A stretch of DNA of 51,400 nucleotides, from contig MU271348.1 of assembly GCA_021432655.1 (NCBI GenBank), forward strand, positions 1-51,400, written 5' to 3'. A model generated the notes under the pieces. That model made no database searches and had not been told where the DNA came from. It was given only the letters and a program-made list of their open reading frames with translations. The position numbers and the translations under genes were made by a program. Origin of the DNA: Atractiella rhizophila (lineage: Eukaryota). Shown one piece after another: positions 50,161 through 51,400 of the stretch (position 1 is the first letter of the stretch; every line of letters begins with the position of its first letter).

Positions 50161-51088
50161 GTTCAAACAATATCAACGCGAGATGTTCGCGTCTCGCAGG
50201 TTCAGTCTTATAAGTTGCTTCCCAGTCTCAGAGGGCAGCAACTCAACCAAGTGTCCCATAATGAGGACAAGATCCCGAGTTGCTTCTAAAGAATCTACGA
50301 AAACATGCTAAAGCTTCGGTAATATAATTCCTTCATGGGCAGCTTCACTATTCGATAGCAATCCAACTTAGCCCACAGCAAATCGAGACAAAGTTCAGCA
50401 AGAAGAGGAAGCGATGCCGGTCGCTCATCTTCTCATTATCACTATCATGAAAAGTCACCCACATCATAGATGAATACACAGACAATATTTTCCATAAAAG
50501 TAAGGGCGAGACGCGTATCCGAAAGATAACTGATGAATTTATGGCCCTCTAGTGAGAAATAACAAAGCGCGTCGCTTCGCTCTTACTTGATTTCGTAGAC
50601 CTATAACACAATACGTAGACATAGCTCAGAGACGGACGCACGTAAGATCTATCCATTCCCAGCCCTTAAACCATACCCACTGATTTCGCGAAATTTCTCG
50701 CACAGTAAATCGTCGCTGTTCTAGTCTCCGCCCCTAATCTGTGGTGGACTTCGCTGAGGAAGAGCACTACGATTCCCCCGGCCCCCCTCAGGAGCAGCAA
50801 AGCATCTTGGACAAGCAGTTAGACGACCATCTTTTCAAAGTTCAAGCTCTCTTACCTTATACGTTTCAGCGAGTAACCATCACACCATGCTTCCACTCCT
50901 TCTCCTACTTCCCTCATTAATACACGCACAAACAGCTGTGCAACCTTTACAGCGACTACGTTAGCTTTTCCTCATCAACAGCTAAGCTAAAACTCAAGTT
51001 GACCTGATCTTGCAATATGTAGTGCTCTCGTTCTTACTCGAATGTGACCCATATTGGTGCACATGACTCCTTCGCCGTCCATGCTGGC

Positions 51089-51400
51089 TCAGTAGCTGCT
51101 AATCAGTTGTATGATGTCTCGACGCAGCTCGACAATGGCATCAGGATGTTGCAGGGACAAGGACATTGGAGTAATAAGTGAGCGTCTTCTTTTATATTCT
51201 GCTTTAAGGAAGGCGAGGAGAGAAGGGAGAAAACGAGTCGAGTGTTGGTGTGTTTGGGGTTGTCGGACCTCTTTCATGGTTGCTGCATTGACATGGGACA
51301 TTGCAGCGAGGTAGTCAGACATGAGAGCTCGACTACCCGAGCTGAGAGACATTTGAAGTTTCCATGCTTTGAAGAACCTTTCTTAACGTATCATGCCAGT
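51089..51400 (-). CDS. Possible terminal exon of a gene extending beyond the window
   Basis: Open frame ...RFFKAWKLQMSLSSGSRALMSDYLAAM...IIQLISSY* preceded by a possible AG acceptor. No domain recognised. Confidence 0.3.

Noticed and set aside
902..51352. Many antisense or alternate-frame ORFs of 60-220 aa in the ORF track
   Set aside because: They are shadows of real exons on the opposite strand or frame, with no independent motifs.

Overview
Eukaryotic, intron-rich fungal genomic DNA. Most introns are about 45-60 nt with GT/GC...CTRAY...YAG signals. Gene families and intron style suggest a basidiomycete, probably Pucciniomycotina (inference). About 20 spliced genes can be reconstructed by hand: an RBR (RNF216/TRIAD3-like) E3 ligase, a ComA/HSA32-like phosphosulfolactate synthase homolog, two tandem small secreted Cys-rich paralogs, three related Zn2Cys6 transcription factors, a Kre9/Knh1-type GPI protein, an S8 subtilisin, an LSB5-like VHS-GAT protein, two CAP/PR-1 proteins, a RimJ/RimL GNAT, two paralogs sharing an unrecognised Cys/His-containing C-terminal domain, and several hypothetical coiled-coil or disordered proteins. 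There is also one non-canonical tRNA-Asp(GTC) gene and two near-identical tandem duplications (269 bp and 1927 bp), both directly upstream of genes. The most unusual signals are (i) three oversized introns (387, 745, 971 nt) packed with nested and competing stems, one of which can pair with its own 3' splice site, and (ii) the unrecognised paralogous domain family at 38.8-46.1 kb. All exon structures, alignments and stems were read by eye; no database searches or folding calculations were run.
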